From the human T2T-CHM13v2.0 reference genome, Homo sapiens, in NCBI RefSeq assembly GCF_009914755.1, contig NC_060926.1: a DNA stretch of 64,000 nucleotides. One strand, 5' to 3'. Both the position numbers and the translations under genes were made by a program. Of the stretch, positions 14,848-29,940 are shown one piece after another. Numbering within the stretch: position 1 is the first letter of the stretch; every line of letters begins with the position of its first letter. The notes beneath the pieces are model-generated. The model searched no databases and was not told where the DNA came from. It saw only the letters and a list, made by a program, of their open reading frames with translations.

Positions 14848-15164
14848 ATGTGTCACGGCCGAGGGATTAAAGCCCTAAGAGGCTGTGACACAGCCATCTC
14901 CAAAACCCCACTTTCTCCTTCCTTTGAGCCTCCGTACCAGCTGGGGCGTCCGGCAAGATGTGAGTTGTCACTCTGCTGCGGCACAGACCTGAATTAACAA
15001 CTCTAGCTAGGGCTGACTTCAAAAAGCACTTTCGTTTTTTAATAACCAACATCAGCTCAGCAGGCTTCATTTGGGAAAAGAAACCTTGTCGGATTACCCC
15101 GACATTCTCCACCTCCTGGGAGGCCAGCCATTCCCAAATGCCCCAAGGATGAAGAACGGAGACG
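14848..15164 (+). other. IL1R1: Distal IL1R1 non-coding exon (alternative first exon or upstream 5'UTR exon); 5' boundary uncertain
   Basis: Unique, mildly CpG-retaining sequence ending in donor GACG|GTAAGA (15164/15165); possible acceptor TTCCTGTTCATAGTTCCCCAG| at 14847; ~38 kb upstream of the island, consistent with my recollection of a distal IL1R1 exon. Confidence 0.65.
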
Positions 15165-15629
15165 GTAAGATGATTAATTGCACTGCAGGTTTTTTGTTTC
15201 TGTATTTTTTTCCCTCCTTTTTTTGGGTTTACTTACACATTAATGAGGTATTTAGGAAAGACAAATGGAATCTGATAAAAGGTAACGTTATATTGTTTGT
15301 CGAAACAACATTTTAAGGATTTCTTGAAGTTATATGGCTCTGTAGGCATGTTTCACTTTAAGATGTGTTTCTGAGTCATATTAGGAGAACGACTGTGATT
15401 ATCTATGGAAGATTAACTATGAAACATATGGGAAATATACTTTATAACTGTATATTACTTATAAACCATGAATAGTTACATGACTTTTGGTATGTGGTGA
15501 GAGATGTTAAGTGAAAGGTGTTGTAAATGAAGTCGTTTTATAAGACTGTTGTTACTGTAAGAATTGAGACTTATTTTATCACTTCCCATTAAGCTTCTAC
15601 AGTGTTAGAGAGGCATAACCCAATGTTGA

Positions 15630-15955
<326 letters not shown>

Positions 15956-16181
15956 TGAATGTGCTATGTTATTAATGGCAGCCTCTATTGGTTTCATTTA
16001 AAGGTATAATGCATTGTATTGGCAAAACTTGTACACGCTTTCTTCAATAAGGACCTCAAAGGTAATCTTAAAAGCCTGATCATATTTTTCTCCCCCCTTC
16101 AGAAGCTTTGCCAATGTTGCACCTATAGCTATAGAGAAGACCATGCACTCTCAGAGGGGATTATAAACATTGCCTTGCATT

Positions 16182-16240
16182 TTTATCCTTGATCTCCATA
16201 ATTTATCCTTGATCTCCATTTATCCTTGATCCTCATAATT
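16182..16240. repeat. Three-copy tandem repeat, ~17-20 bp unit TTTATCCTTGATCTCCAT
   Basis: Copies at 16182, 16202 and 16219. Confidence 0.85.
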
Positions 16241-16869
16241 CCTACTGATAGTGTTGTTGTGCATAAGAATGAGAAAATGGGACTGAACCTGAAAGATTAA
16301 GGAAAGAAAATAACAAAACAAAAAGGAAAACCTAATGAAGCTTATCATTCAATTCAATTTATAACTCCTTATTGCTCATGCAAAATGTGAATTTTTCGCT
16401 GTGTTGGTGAGGGTGTGAGGAGTGGATGGTGGGGAAGGATGCTTCAAAAAATACAGCTAAGGACCAACTGGTTTGGTGAGTCATGGCATTCACCCATGAG
16501 ACAGCTGGAGAACAGTGACGTGTGTGTCTCTGTGTGTGTGTGTCTGTGTGTGTGTGCATTTGATGCCAGAGATTGGTGTTTACTATAAATGTGTTGATCT
16601 GTTAGGAAAAGGAAGAAGACAAAGTTGTCCAGAAAGAGCCAAGAAAACTTCTTGAGATGAATTTGATCTGCCTAATGGTAGTGATGAGTTTAAAAAGATT
16701 CTTATGGCCTTTCCTAACACTACATGCTATTGTTAATCATTGAACTGACAAACCCCGTTGAGCACAAGACTGTTAGTTTACTTAGGAGGAAAACTTGGCA
16801 GGAACGGTCAAAGAATAGCGAGGGTATACTTCTAAAATACGTCCTTGGAACATTTACACAAACAGCACA

Positions 16870-17457
16870 AGCTCATTGTCAAGAATAAAATTTTAAAAAA
16901 TACATAGAGATAATAGTAAAAGACGAGAAGTAAAAACACACCACTGTGAGGTAAACACTGTTAACATTTTGGTAGGTGTATTTGTCTCTGAGTACATTTA
17001 CATTTTGAAGAAATATATTTGTACTCTACATGCTTTTCGGTTATCTGCTTTTACCTCACAGCGATGGAGCATCTTGTTATGAGAATGAGTTTTCTTTTAC
17101 AAAAGCTTTTCCATTTCATTGCATAGATAGTTTATTAAATCCTGTTGGCAGGTAGTTGATTGTTTTTCTCTTATTAACAGTACTACAACTATGTTCTTCT
17201 CTTATTAACAGTACTACAACTAACACCCTTGTAGCTAAACCTTTGCATCTCCTTGATGCAAAGGTTATCTCAACGAGTTTTCCTTGAGATAAATCCCCAG
17301 AGGTAGAATGGTAGGGGTCAAAGGGCATGGGCATTTTAAAAACTCTAGATCCCTGCTGCTAAATTAATCCTAGGAAAGTTTAATTAATTTATGTGCCCAC
17401 CAGCACTGTATGAACATTTTCCAACTCTCTCATCAGCATTGGGTTTTATAATTTTTT
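16870..17457 (-). mobile_element. L1ME fragment with internal 31-bp tandem duplication (17161-17222)
   Basis: AACACTGTTAACATTTTGG; GATAAATCCCCAGAGGTAGAATGGTAGGGTCAAAGGG; TGTT(T/C)TTCTCTTATTAACAGTACTACAACTA x2. Confidence 0.7.
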
Positions 17458-17475
17458 GAAAAGTGTGCTACTCTG

Positions 17476-17944
17476 CATGCACACGTATGTTTATTGTGGC
17501 ACTATTCACAATAGCAAAGACTTGGAACCAACCCAAATGTCCATCAGTGATAGACTGGATTAAGAAAATGTGGCACATATACACCATGGAATACTATGCA
17601 GCCATGAAAAAGGATGAGTTCATGTCCTTTGTAGGGACATGGATGAAGCTGGAAACCATCATCCTGAGCAAACTATCACAAGGACAGAAAACCAAACGCC
17701 GCATATTCTCACTCGTAGGTGGGAATTGAACAATGAGAACACTTGGACACAGGGTGGGGAACATCACACACCGGGGCCTGTTGTGGGGTGGGAGGAGGGG
17801 GGAGGGATAACATTAGGAGACATACCTAATGTAAATGACAAGTTAACAGGTGCAGCACACCAACATGGCACATGTATACATATGTAACAAACCTGCATGT
17901 TGTGCACATGTACCCTAGAACTTAAAGTATCACAATAAATAAAA
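17476..17944 (+). mobile_element. 5'-truncated L1PA (PA4-6-like)
   Basis: ORF2 C-terminus (RMFIVALFTIAKTWNQPKCP...SLVGGN*) plus 3'UTR; 18-bp TSD GAAAAGTGTGCTACTCTG at 17458-17475 and 17945-17962. Confidence 0.96.
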
Positions 17945-18499
17945 GAAAAGTGTGCTACTCTGATAATAGGCAAAGGTATATTTTGTTGTCTTAATTTACC
18001 TTAAGGAAACCCTTTGCAAAATCTGCTGGTTTCCAGTTCTGCCCCTTTGGGTTCAGCCTCTCGTCTTTTTTGGTTACTCATTGCCAAAGCAGTCACCTCT
18101 TACAGTAACTTCTGCCAACCTAATTTCTGAGGACTTTGACCTCTTTTGATGTCTCTCAGAAAGTCTGCTGAGAGAGCGAGAGAACTGGATGCTTTTGCTC
18201 TGAATTTTTACCGATTGAGTAACCTGGGGTAAACCTCAGTCTTTGTGATTTTGTCTCCTTTTTAGCTATAAAATTTAGACAGAAGGCCTGTGCTAGCCAC
18301 CTCACAAGATTGTACTGGGAATATAAAGAGGCAAGATAGAGGCAAGCTTTTTGAATAGAGGAAAAGCAAAAATGCAAAATGGTATTATTATTATTGTTGT
18401 TACTCTAAAGTTTAGTGATAAATCTAACCTTCTAAAATATATAGTTTCTGGAGAGCTGCATGCTGAAATTTTGTCGTCTTCTAATTCTAAACTTGGGAA

Positions 18500-18547
18500 G
18501 TGTGTGTGTGTGTGTATGTATGTGTGTGTGTGTGGGGGGGGGTGTGT
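18500..18547. repeat. (TG)n microsatellite with G run
   Basis: Directly visible. Confidence 0.9.
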
Positions 18548-18734
18548 ATAACATATTTCTATGCTTCTTGGTTCTTAGATTCAGTAGCAGTGTTTAGTGT
18601 GTTACAGCAGTGCATGGATACATTTTAGATTAAAAAGATTTCCATTTTGTTGCTTATTTATTCCATTCTTGTACAGGAAAACCAGCCATCCTCCTCCTAT
18701 TGCATTCTCATCATCCATGGGCTTTGCTCAGCTC

Positions 18735-18860
18735 CCCAGTGGACTGAGAGCTCCTCAAAGACGGGGTCCGGTTTCATGTGTATACCTCTCTCCAGGGCCT
18801 GCTTTGGGGTCTGACACCCAGAGGGCGGATCAATCAATGTTTCTCAAATGAGTCAATGTA
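18735..18860 (+). mobile_element. L2 3' end
   Basis: GACTGAGAGCTCCTCAAAGACGGGG...TCAATCAATGTTTTCTCAAATGAGTCAATG. Confidence 0.6.
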
Positions 18861-19234
18861 AGGGAGGTAGAAAAATATTTACCCAGTTCTGTGGAGAAAA
18901 GAATATTCCAAAAAGGCACCCCAGAAGATTAAAAAAAAACCTAAATGGAGCTTTTCTAGGGGCAACTGGTTATTTATTTCGTTTAGTTTGGGTGAGTCTC
19001 AGTTTCTATTGAGTAAATATTTAAAGCTCTGAAAGGATATTAAACAAATGAATGCAAGCCAAGGATAGGACCAGGAAAATGGAGAACCCTGTCTTTATAG
19101 GTGCAAGTGTCATGGATTTGGCATGAATATCAAAAACTTTAAGGAGGCATCGATTTTCACTCTGACTCCCAGCTCAGTGCTGGGCTGCAAAAATCAGGAC
19201 CAAACTGACATTTAGTAATGGTTTGAACTTGGTA

Positions 19235-19237
<3 letters not shown>

Positions 19238-19281
<44 letters not shown>
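19238..19281. repeat. (AAT)14 microsatellite
   Basis: Directly visible, at a MIR end. Confidence 0.95.
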
Positions 19282-19282
<1 letters not shown>

Positions 19283-19283
<1 letters not shown>

Positions 19284-19790
19284 GCTAATATGTAATACAG
19301 CACTTGCTAGGTAGGAGACCTGGTTTTAGGTACCGCTCATATAAAATAATCAGTACTATTATTTTATTTTGCAGATTAAGAAACGGAAGCACAGAGAGTG
19401 ATTTGCTAGGGTTATACCAGTAGTTATTGCAGAGCTGGAATTATGACGCAGACAGGCTCACTCTGGAGCCTGTGGGTCAGTGAGGGTAGGTCGGACTGAA
19501 CTTTGGAGACAATGTCTCATGGTTTTAGGCCACTGGTGATGTTTGTGCTGTTTATTTGGGTATATGACTACCATTTATTGAGTCACCTACTAAAGGAACA
19601 TGCACTCTTCTGGGTTCTTTAAGTATAATATCTTGAATCTTTCTCGCAACCTTGAAACATTATTCCAACTCTAGGTCCAGACAAGCTGAGACCCTGAGAA
19701 GTTCAGTAAGTTTCCCAAAGCTGCAGGCTAGTGAGGAGAGATCCATCAGCCTGCACCAAGTCTGTCTGCCTTCTGAGTCCATGTGCCACA
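19283..19790 (-). mobile_element. Two MIR fragments
   Basis: TTTTGCAGATTAAGAAACGGAAGCACAGAG; AAGCTGAGACCCTGAGAAGTTCAGTAAGTTTCCCAAAG. Confidence 0.65.
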
Positions 19791-20289
19791 CTGGCCTGGA
19801 CAACTGAGTGCTGATGTATTTGGTTCTTCCATCCAAAGGTGCCAAGAGTCCAGTTCTACTGCATTTGGAGGTGTTGAACCTGGAAAACTCAGCCACAACA
19901 ACCCCTCAACTTGGGGATCAGGCAGGGCTCAGCCTCAGCTTCTCTGAACCCACATGGGCCAATGTGAAATGGATTTGATTTTTCAGACCAGATCCTCCCT
20001 GGCAGGACCATCCAATTTATCACACCAACCTAGACTCGATGGGCGTTTAAAATATTGAGAGATATTTCCTTATATTTCCTCTCTATTGACCCCCCAAATC
20101 TGCACCAAGGAACTCCAGCGAATGAGATGGAGTATGGTGAGTGCTAGCTTGGGGGCCAAGGGCGGCTTCGTTTCTCCTGGGCGACTTATCTCCCTTTTCT
20201 TTGTTTAGTGTTTCCAGTTATAACATGAGGGAAAAGACTATAATTTAAAATGGAATTTTACTTTTTTTGGTTAAACTTTTCCATATGAT

Positions 20290-20860
20290 TTTGAAACTCT
20301 TTAAATTTTTTTGAGTGAATGACACATGGTTTATTTGCTTTTGGAGTGGTAACACAATTTAAAAGGTGAAAGTCTTTTTCTCTTCCCTTTCTGCAGACGC
20401 TTCTTTCCCTCTTCCTCACCAATAGGCGAGTCTTGTTAATAGTTTCTAGTTTTTTCTTCCACCTCTTTTGCACTCATAGTGTGCACCATTCTATACCTTG
20501 ATCCATAGCTGTATCAAAGGCGGTGCATTTTCTGCCTCTTAATGGACAGTTGGATTGTTTGCAATGTTTTGTTATTTCAGGCAATGTTGCGACCAGTGGC
20601 AGCCTGCCCTCGTAATTTTGCAGAAGTGTTTCCAAGTTGTTGGTTAAATTCCTGGAAGCAGAATTGTGGGGTCAGAGGCTGTGTACACTTGTGATTTTGA
20701 TATATATTTCAGAATTACCCACCCCCCCACCCCACCAGGTCATACCAATTAACACCCCTACCAGGAATGTTTGAAAGAATGCCTCTCCATGTGCTCGTCA
20801 ACAGTGCCTGCTAACAAGCTGGTTTTTATTAGACTTCGGCAGTCTCAAAGGAGAAAGCTG
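20290..20860 (-). mobile_element. L1ME fragment
   Basis: ATGGACAGTTGGATTGTTTGCAATGTTTTGTTATT...TAAATTCCTGGAAGCAGAATTGTGGGGTCAGAGG. Confidence 0.7.
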
Positions 20861-22603
20861 CAAACTTAGTAAGTTTTCTAAATTTTCCTATCTCGTATCA
20901 TGACCATGCAGTGTCAGCCCCACTGTGGTCTCTCGTGGCAAATACAACAGTCTGACAGGTACTTTGTTGACTCAGGTTGGGCATCTATTCAATTGGCTTA
21001 AAACCATTTGCGATCACAACGTTTTTCATTTGGTGATTGTGTTTTGAGGCCTTGCTGTGTGTCCAGTCATGGGATGGCACAGGGATGCGTGGACCCTGCC
21101 AGGGTTGCATGAAACAGCTAGGCAGCCGCGGGAGTTGGCACATGTGTGCTGAGCACTGTGAAAGAAACACAGAGACAGAAGGCTGCAGAGACAGCGAGTA
21201 GGGAGCCACGGTCCGTGTTAGCCTGGTGATTGGGACGGCTCGAGGTGGAGTGATGAAGTCTGAGGCATGAGAAGGAGCCAGCCAGACAGAGGGCAGAGGA
21301 AGCAGAGCATAAAAACCCAGCATGAGAAGCAGAAAGCAGCTCTATGTATGGCCAATGAAGAGAGTGGAAGGGAGGCCAAGGTGAGCTGGAGACAGAGGCA
21401 GAGGCCAGAGCATGGTGGGTGTTTAGGGCTGTGGCAAGGAGTTTGGCTTTTATTGTGAGTTTCAGGTTGACTGTAGTCATGGGCTGGGGAAGATGGTGCC
21501 AAGGTCTGTAAACTCTTACCTTGTAGATGTAAATTCTCACCTGAATAACACCAGGGAGGCATGGTTCTATACACAAGCACCTGTCAGACTGTGTTGTATT
21601 TGCCACAAGAGATCACAGTGGGGCCGCTGCTGCACATAGGGCTGGCGACCAGAACACTGTATCTCTTGGCCAACCTTGTCCTCCGTGTGAGACAAGTGGA
21701 GACATTTTACAAAAATACGTTCTACGTCTCTCTGGAGTACAACTCAGTTTACAAAGGGCTTTCTCATTCATTATCTCATGCATTAATAAACTGACTGATA
21801 ATTTTGACAGATTATTATTGCATGTCCAACCTGTGCTAAGCCCTGTGCTAGGTGCTGGGGATGATGAGAGGAAGAAGGAGTGGAAGGGGAAATAGAAAGA
21901 TGAAGAAAATTCAGAGCAGCTTACAGTCCATCTGCGAGATAGAATCAAATGTCAACAATGAGAAGGAGAGCAGGAAGGGGACAGTGAAGAGGACCCGGCC
22001 ACCTCTAGGTTCTGGACCAGAACACGGGTAACTCTGCCCCAGGGGCCTGCTTGGTGCCAGGGAGTCCTTCAGGGATGGGGTCTCAGGAGACAGCTGCAAG
22101 TAGGGCTTCTCTGACATCCTTTTCTCCAGGTGTAAGTAGGGTTATCTTTCTAACTTTAGAAAGATAGAGGTGACCAACTGAGAGCTTTCCTCAGGGCTTC
22201 TGAGTGGGCAAAGGGCAGAACTGGAACTTTTCCTCCCACCCCTGAAATCTGAGGCCATGGCTCTCTGTGCTCAGAATAGAACAAAATTCCTGAAGCCCAA
22301 CCACCTGGGGAAGGCATTGAGGAGAGTGTCTCTATTATGCATCGTCTTTCATGCTGGCCACCCTGGTTCCATGATGATGAGGCTGCTTTGTTTATGAGTC
22401 TGTAGTGTTTTCAGGGCTCTGGAGAAGGGGTGGGCTCTCTACCAGTCTTAGGGTCTTGGTGGCTCTAAGCCCAGAGGTGCTTCCATTGTGTGAAGAAACA
22501 CAGGAGACCGAGACAAAATATTGTTGATCAGACACTCAGGCCTATTTCGGCGGCAAAACTGTCCTAAGTGGTCATTTATGGCCAGCACAGAGTGGGGATT
22601 AAC

Positions 22604-22647
22604 GTGTGTGTGTGTGTGTGTGTGTGTGTGAGTGTGAGTGTGTGTGT
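22604..22647. repeat. (TG)n microsatellite
   Basis: Directly visible. Confidence 0.95.
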
Positions 22648-23060
22648 TGTGGGAGGTGTTTGGGGGAGGTCTCAGGAATTGCTGGCCCTGAGGTGATACT
22701 AATGGATCAGGTTTCCATGGACACAGGAACATCTGGGCAGGAAGTAGGAAGACTGCAAAGTCAGCTCACCCCCTTCAGTGAGCTTCACCTCCCAGTCCAG
22801 GGAAAGGAGGGCAGGGCTTGCTTCTGAGAAGGGACTCCTGGTGAATTCCAGGTACTCAACACAGAATTGCCCCAATCAGGTGTAACATGGGATGGGGGTT
22901 GTCAAGGCCTAATGCCAGGTAAAAGAGGAAGCAAAAGGTGTGTTTACCATAGAAAAGTCTAGAAATGTAGTCATAAAACTTGAAATGTGTCTGTGTTAAG
23001 TGTAATGGAAATAAATACTTTAATAGTTTTTTTTAGGCGTTGGGTTTTCCTTTGTCTGTG

Positions 23061-23429
23061 TACATAGATTGAATGTCTGTGTGTCCCCCAAGCCCACCAC
23101 TAAATTCCTATGTTGAAACCCTAATTCCAGTGATGGTGTTAGGAGGTGGCATGCTTGGGAGATTGTTAGGTCATGAGGGTGGAGCCCTGATAAATGGGAT
23201 TAGTGCCCCTGTAAGAAGAGGCCAGAGAACTAGCTAGCTCTCTTTCTACCATGTGAGGATACAATGAGAAGTCAGCTGTCTGCAAACCAGAAAGTGGGCC
23301 CTCACCAGACACCGGATCTGTCAGAACCGTGATCTTACACTTCCAGCCTCCAGAACTGTGAGACACAAATATTTGTTGTTTAAGCCACCCAATCTATGAT
23401 AATTTGTTACAGCAGCCCAGGCTAAGACA
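23061..23429 (+). mobile_element. MLT1A-like solo LTR
   Basis: TATGTTGAAACCCTAA...AGGTCATGAGGGTGGAGCCC...TTCCAGCCTCCAGAACTGTGAGA...CTAAGACA; 5-bp TSD CTGTG/CTGCG. Confidence 0.9.
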
Positions 23430-25330
23430 CTGCGTTCAATCAGCCTGTGACAATGGTATAACTATCTTTAAAGACTTTCAGTAAGGATTTTAGTAAGTTT
23501 CAGGTCTATTTCCTGAACTAATGAACAAGTGAATGAGCCATTGCTATAGAATAGGCTCAAAGCACATTTGTGTCTTTTGTGGAAATTTGCCTTCTTTTAT
23601 CCTTTGGTGAGAAATTATTAGCGGTGAATGTACTTGTAAGTTATCCATCTTTTCTCCGAAAGTGCTGAACGTCTTAACCATGAGTCTCTTCTTGTCTGAG
23701 GGAGGCGGTGTTGCTTTTGGTGACCAGAGCTGCTCAGTCATGTATACCAATAACATATTCCAACATGGGTCACAAAACCAAAGCATTCCAAAGCCATGAT
23801 TGTGCCCCCTGAATATTGATGTGGCTTCCCTCATTCTATTCCTGGAGTTAGTGAGAGGGTAGAACTTGACTGGAAATCCTGGAACAATTTTTTGGGACTT
23901 TTCATTACTTGCGATTTTATTTGCTGTCTCCTTGATCTTGCTTGCCCCGCTCTAGGCTGATTAGCAGCCAGTCTCGGAGGCTGCACCAATGACGCTCGGC
24001 CTCCTTGCCCTGGAGCCTGGGTACCCACCTCATCTGCTATTCTAGAACCGGCCAGGATCAGCAGCCATCCATCTCCTCCCCATGATGTCTGGGAGCTTTT
24101 CACATTGCCTCTGTTCCTTACACAGGCTTTATGATTTTTGATTTGTCTCTAAGGAAACTGAGGCTTAAAAATAGCAGGTGAGTTTCTTCAAGTCGCGGCA
24201 GATCGATAACAGAGTCAGAATTTGAACATGGGTCTGTTGGATTCTCTCAGCTCTGTACACATCATTATGCCAAAATAGTAAGGAACATGAGGAAGGGAAA
24301 CACTAGTTTATGGAAGAGCTCTTTCTCACATGTCCTTCAGGCAGTCATATTTGGGCACTGGTTTTTGAGTCCATTCATATCAAGCATGCCATTCAGGCTC
24401 TCTTCTGCCACTTCTAAGAGTTATCCAAATTGGTGCATGGTACCCATAAACTAGTTTTTAAAAGAGATATGATTACTGAAATGATCAGTATGTAATATTG
24501 AAGCCCAAATCAATACAAATGAAATGCATATCATAATAAAGTACAAATTCAAGTAAAGTAGGGACTTGGTAGATGTTTCTCTGGAAAGGTTAAACACACT
24601 GCGTGGAATGCATGGGGAAACCTGGTTTCACAAATAGTATCAGCTGTCTGCTAAAGAATCTGTAAAACCACATGCGAAGGTTCACAGGGGTTCTTTCCTG
24701 TAGGGAAAATATGTGATTATTGTCAACAGTGAAGGAATGTGTACTGGAACTTAATTGATTTAAAAAGTCTCATGTGAACCTGCCATGACAACCTCTTTGA
24801 ATAAGTTTCCCTCAAGGTTTAAGCATTTCTCGAGATTAACGTAGTGGGTTTCTGGGCTGACTCACAGGGAGAAGGGGAGGTTACATTTTTGCTATTGTGA
24901 TAATGTGGGAAATTACACTCGGTATCACTCACTGTGCTTGAATCTTTATCATCAACCTCAAACTCTGGGATTTATGTAACCGCAAGATCAGAACTCTAAG
25001 CTTCTTTTTTTCTCCAGTTGAAATTTATTTTAAGTTGGTAAGGAAATATGACATATATCTATAGAACCTAGGCTCATAGGAAGGTAAAAAATGCTTTGGA
25101 TTGGAAGTAGAGGCAGACCTTTACTTTAGTCTGGAACTGATGTCCTGATTGTAAATTGTTGTTCTAGGGAAACCCAGTGTGTGTGAATGTAAGCCCCTGG
25201 AGTTGAGTTCCCTTTCTTGGCTGGGCCCCAGTCTGCCACGTCAGTGCTGAAAATGGACATTGCTGCTGCCTCGGTGACATACAAATAGGGGAAATGTCTC
25301 CTGAATGGAATTACTCTTTGTCATCTAGGC

Positions 25331-25504
25331 CAGTAGTTGTCAACCCTGGCTGCATATTGGAATCACCTGGGAGCCTTTTAAACACTGATGCCTGGATCCT
25401 AACTCCAGAAGTTCTGATGTGATGGGAATGCATGCAGCCTGGCTTTTTAAAGTCCTCAGGTGATCATACTGTGCAGTTAGTGTAATGTGGGTTGAGAACC
25501 ACTG
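25331..25504. mobile_element. MER5 (hAT-Charlie) MITE
   Basis: TIRs CAGTAGTTGTCAACCC ... GGGTTGAGAACCACTG; GAATCACCTGGGAGC core. Confidence 0.85.
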
Positions 25505-25729
25505 ACCCGAGAAGTAGACAGTTGCCGAGTCAGTAAATTACCCAAGTAAACAAGAAGCTGGTTAGACCAAGCCTGTCCATAGTGATTGCCAAATCCTGCC
25601 TGGTGGGGAAATTTAGGACCATTTCCTCAGAAAACTTTGTTACTGGAAGTTATCAAGGGCTCTCTACCTAGTAAGTGTGCTTTCAGTTTTTTAAGGCACT
25701 GTGGATATAAGTTGTGTAAACGTAGCCAC

Positions 25730-26250
25730 TTTCATTTATTTGGCAAATATTTAAACATCTGCTCTGTTCAAGTTATACTCAATCTCAGCCTACTTTTAAG
25801 CTTATTAACTGAACAGCAGGGGAGAGAACTCAAGCAATGCAAAGTAGGGGCTGCAAAGTGCCATCAGAGAGGGGGAGATGAAAAACCTCAAGGTTTCAGA
25901 GCAGGGAGAGATAGTTGCCTGTTTCTCCTGGTCGGAGGGATGGGAAAACCCTAAAGAAGTGGTGCAGTATTTGGGATAGGCCTTGGAGGGGGGAGAAGGC
26001 GGAAGAAGAAGACTTGAGCTGGAGGAGAAAGAAGGGTTGTATTCTGGGTAGAGGAAACTGCACGAGCAAGAAAAGAGGTAGACATTAGGGAAACTTGCAA
26101 GGAAATGGGCACATAGTAAACATGGGTACATCAAGGGCGAGGAGAGGAACACATTCCAAAAGGTAGGATCAAGGGAGACTGAGGAGCATCTGGAATGCTA
26201 TACTGAGTGGTCTGGGCTTTGTTTGGGAGGCAGTGGAGCCTTGCATGGCA
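25730..26250 (-). mobile_element. L2 fragment
   Basis: TTCATTTATTTGGCAAATATTTAAACATCTGCTCTG followed by purine-rich L2-like body. Confidence 0.55.
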
Positions 26251-28139
26251 GGTTTTGACATCCAACCTTGCAGCAAACGGCAAATAGGAGCTTGCTCAGC
26301 AGTATTTATATGGCGAATCTGGATTATTTAGAAGGAAATTGTGTTTCTGTCTCACTGTGTGGCCCATGTAGGTTGCATAGTTGCAGTATCTTCAACTTTG
26401 CATTGACAAGGTGGGTGCGTTGCACTGGGTCGAGATGGTTCAGATGTCCCCCAATGCATTGCTGCTTTCGACATCTCTCCATTTCTCTAGCTTCTAACAC
26501 TTTGTTTGTCTCTCTTCAACCACCATGCTGAGAAAAAAGTTTAAGGGCTTTTCTTGTTCCCCCACGTAATCTTGGCAAGTAATAACAGTGAACCCTGGAG
26601 ATGGAAAGAAGTGTGGATGTTAGGAGACTGGATTGCTAGCATGGCATTAACAATTTTTGGCTATGTTGACTCTCAAGTAAATATGGCAACTGCTTTTGCT
26701 TTTCCTTTTCAAAATACAAAGATAAAATTTAAGGGGAAGTGAGATTTTGGCATAAATGGCTGACTCTTCTGCAAATAGCATTTCTGGATTAATTTTATTA
26801 CATCCAATTGCTCTTCCATGTATTCCGATAATTTTATTTGTAATAAAGTTCATAAGTGCTGTTGGTGATTAGCCAAAAAAAAGAGTAAAGGGAGGTCAAC
26901 TTTTGTGTAGTTGAGATCACTTTTTCTAAGTCTGATTTTAAATTGGGTGGTTTGTACTGTGTTAGCAATGTTAGAGGATACAAACAACCATAACAACAAA
27001 ACAGCAACAGCAGCAGGAAGGTCATCCACCCGTGCTGAAAACCTCCTTCCTCTTGGGTTCACTTTTCCTTCTAGTGGGGGAAATGGTGAAATCACGTTAG
27101 CACTTTCTACTCTTGGTCCTGGTGTCTTCTTTATGACCTCGTAACATTTTCCTAGATAAAATTTGCATGTCTCTAACTTCTGAGTTCCACTTCTTACTGT
27201 TCTCATGTTCATTCATTATTCCATTGTGACGTGTTTGGCTGAGTTTGAAAGACTCTAATGATAAGTGGAGAAGGAAAAAATGACTTTTATAATAAAAGGT
27301 AACACTTAATGACATGAATCTGAGACACATGACTAAGTAAGAAAATAAAATATTGACGTCTTGGTTTTAAATATTGGGCAACACCATCTCATGTTTATCC
27401 TTTTTCTCATCAAACCGCATGTCCAATTTTGGATTAGGAAGACATTCTTACTGTACTTATGGTACGCCTGCAATCATGGTGCCTCCTCTGTCTATTTTTG
27501 GGTTGACCAAATAACAACGCAAAGCACTGAGTGCCAACCACCACAACAAGGACTTGGTCTGTATTTGTCCATATGCTTGCACTTCCCCCAAGGTGGACAC
27601 TGTCATCCCCATGAATGGATGAGGGAAGAGAAGCTGACAGAACACAGCTGGAAAGAGCAGGGTGAGAGGTCACTGTGGGCCTCTCCCATCAGTGATTTGG
27701 TGCTATTTGTGGCCTCTGCAGGCATGGACATATCCTGTTGACATTACAAAATAAAATGGATGCAAATATTATTGTTTAGTGTCTTCCAATTTCTTGGATC
27801 CTTAAATAGCTGCCAACATCGCTCTTCAGTTATTTATGTACACAAAGAGCTATTTCTGAATATCCGTCCTAATTTTCTTCTGGCCTGTTCCCTGCATATT
27901 AATGTATTCCAATGAATCCCACCCATTCCAAAGAGAACTGAAGCAAGCTTGTGGCTTGTTTAGATGTGGTCCAAGTCTGTGTGGTCCCCTCAGGGAGGTG
28001 TAGTAAGGATTTCTCAGAACCGGTGTTTGCGTGTGAGGGAAGCCTGCTGAGCAGAGAGCGTTTACATTGCCCAGTGTTCCGAGTGCTTGAGTTTCAATAG
28101 TTACCTTAGTTTATTAGGACCTTGGAAGAGTACCAAAGC

Positions 28140-29374
<1,235 letters not shown>

Positions 29375-29940
29375 TTAGATTACTCAAAATAAGCATATCT
29401 GAGCTTATATCTGCTGTGCAGAGCAACGAAAACATTTATGGGAGGGTAATGGCGGTAAACACTGTAACTTCATGCTGACGTTAGGTGGTAACTTCTCTTC
29501 GATAATTCAAGCTACCTAGTGATAATGTAAGTTCTTTATTGCACTTCAAAAGTATTTCTCTGTCCATGGAGGGCATTTCTTCTCAAAACACTTTGTACTT
29601 CCTTATGAAGTTGGAATATTTGCTATGGAAACCAAATTGTTCTTCCTTTGGCCTGCTGAAAATTAGAAAATAAATTTTGTGTGGTCAGTAGGTTATTGTT
29701 TTAAACTTAACTACATGAGATTAACTTCTGGAACTGAGATGCCAATGATGCAATTTCAGAATGCAGTTGTTGCACTCATTAAACACCACAGTTTGGGAAG
29801 GATCCCTGATCCACTTGGTGCTCAGTGGCTTTCTCAGCCTAACAGGGACATAGTTTGAAGAGTCTTAAACAAAAGTTACATAAGAACCGCAGATGACTAG
29901 CTGTTGGTTCCATAGGTAGATTTTCTTTTATTATCTTAGT

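Noticed and set aside
16182-17222. Short direct repeats (16182-16240, 17161-17222; also ~1686-1738) considered as a CRISPR-like array
   Set aside because: Only 2-3 adjacent copies without unique spacers, in a mammalian context with no cas genes; these are slippage duplications.
17463-17729. ORF similar to L1 ORF2p C-terminus (also 12990-13226)
   Set aside because: Tail ends of 5'-truncated L1 copies; no promoter or full ORF2.
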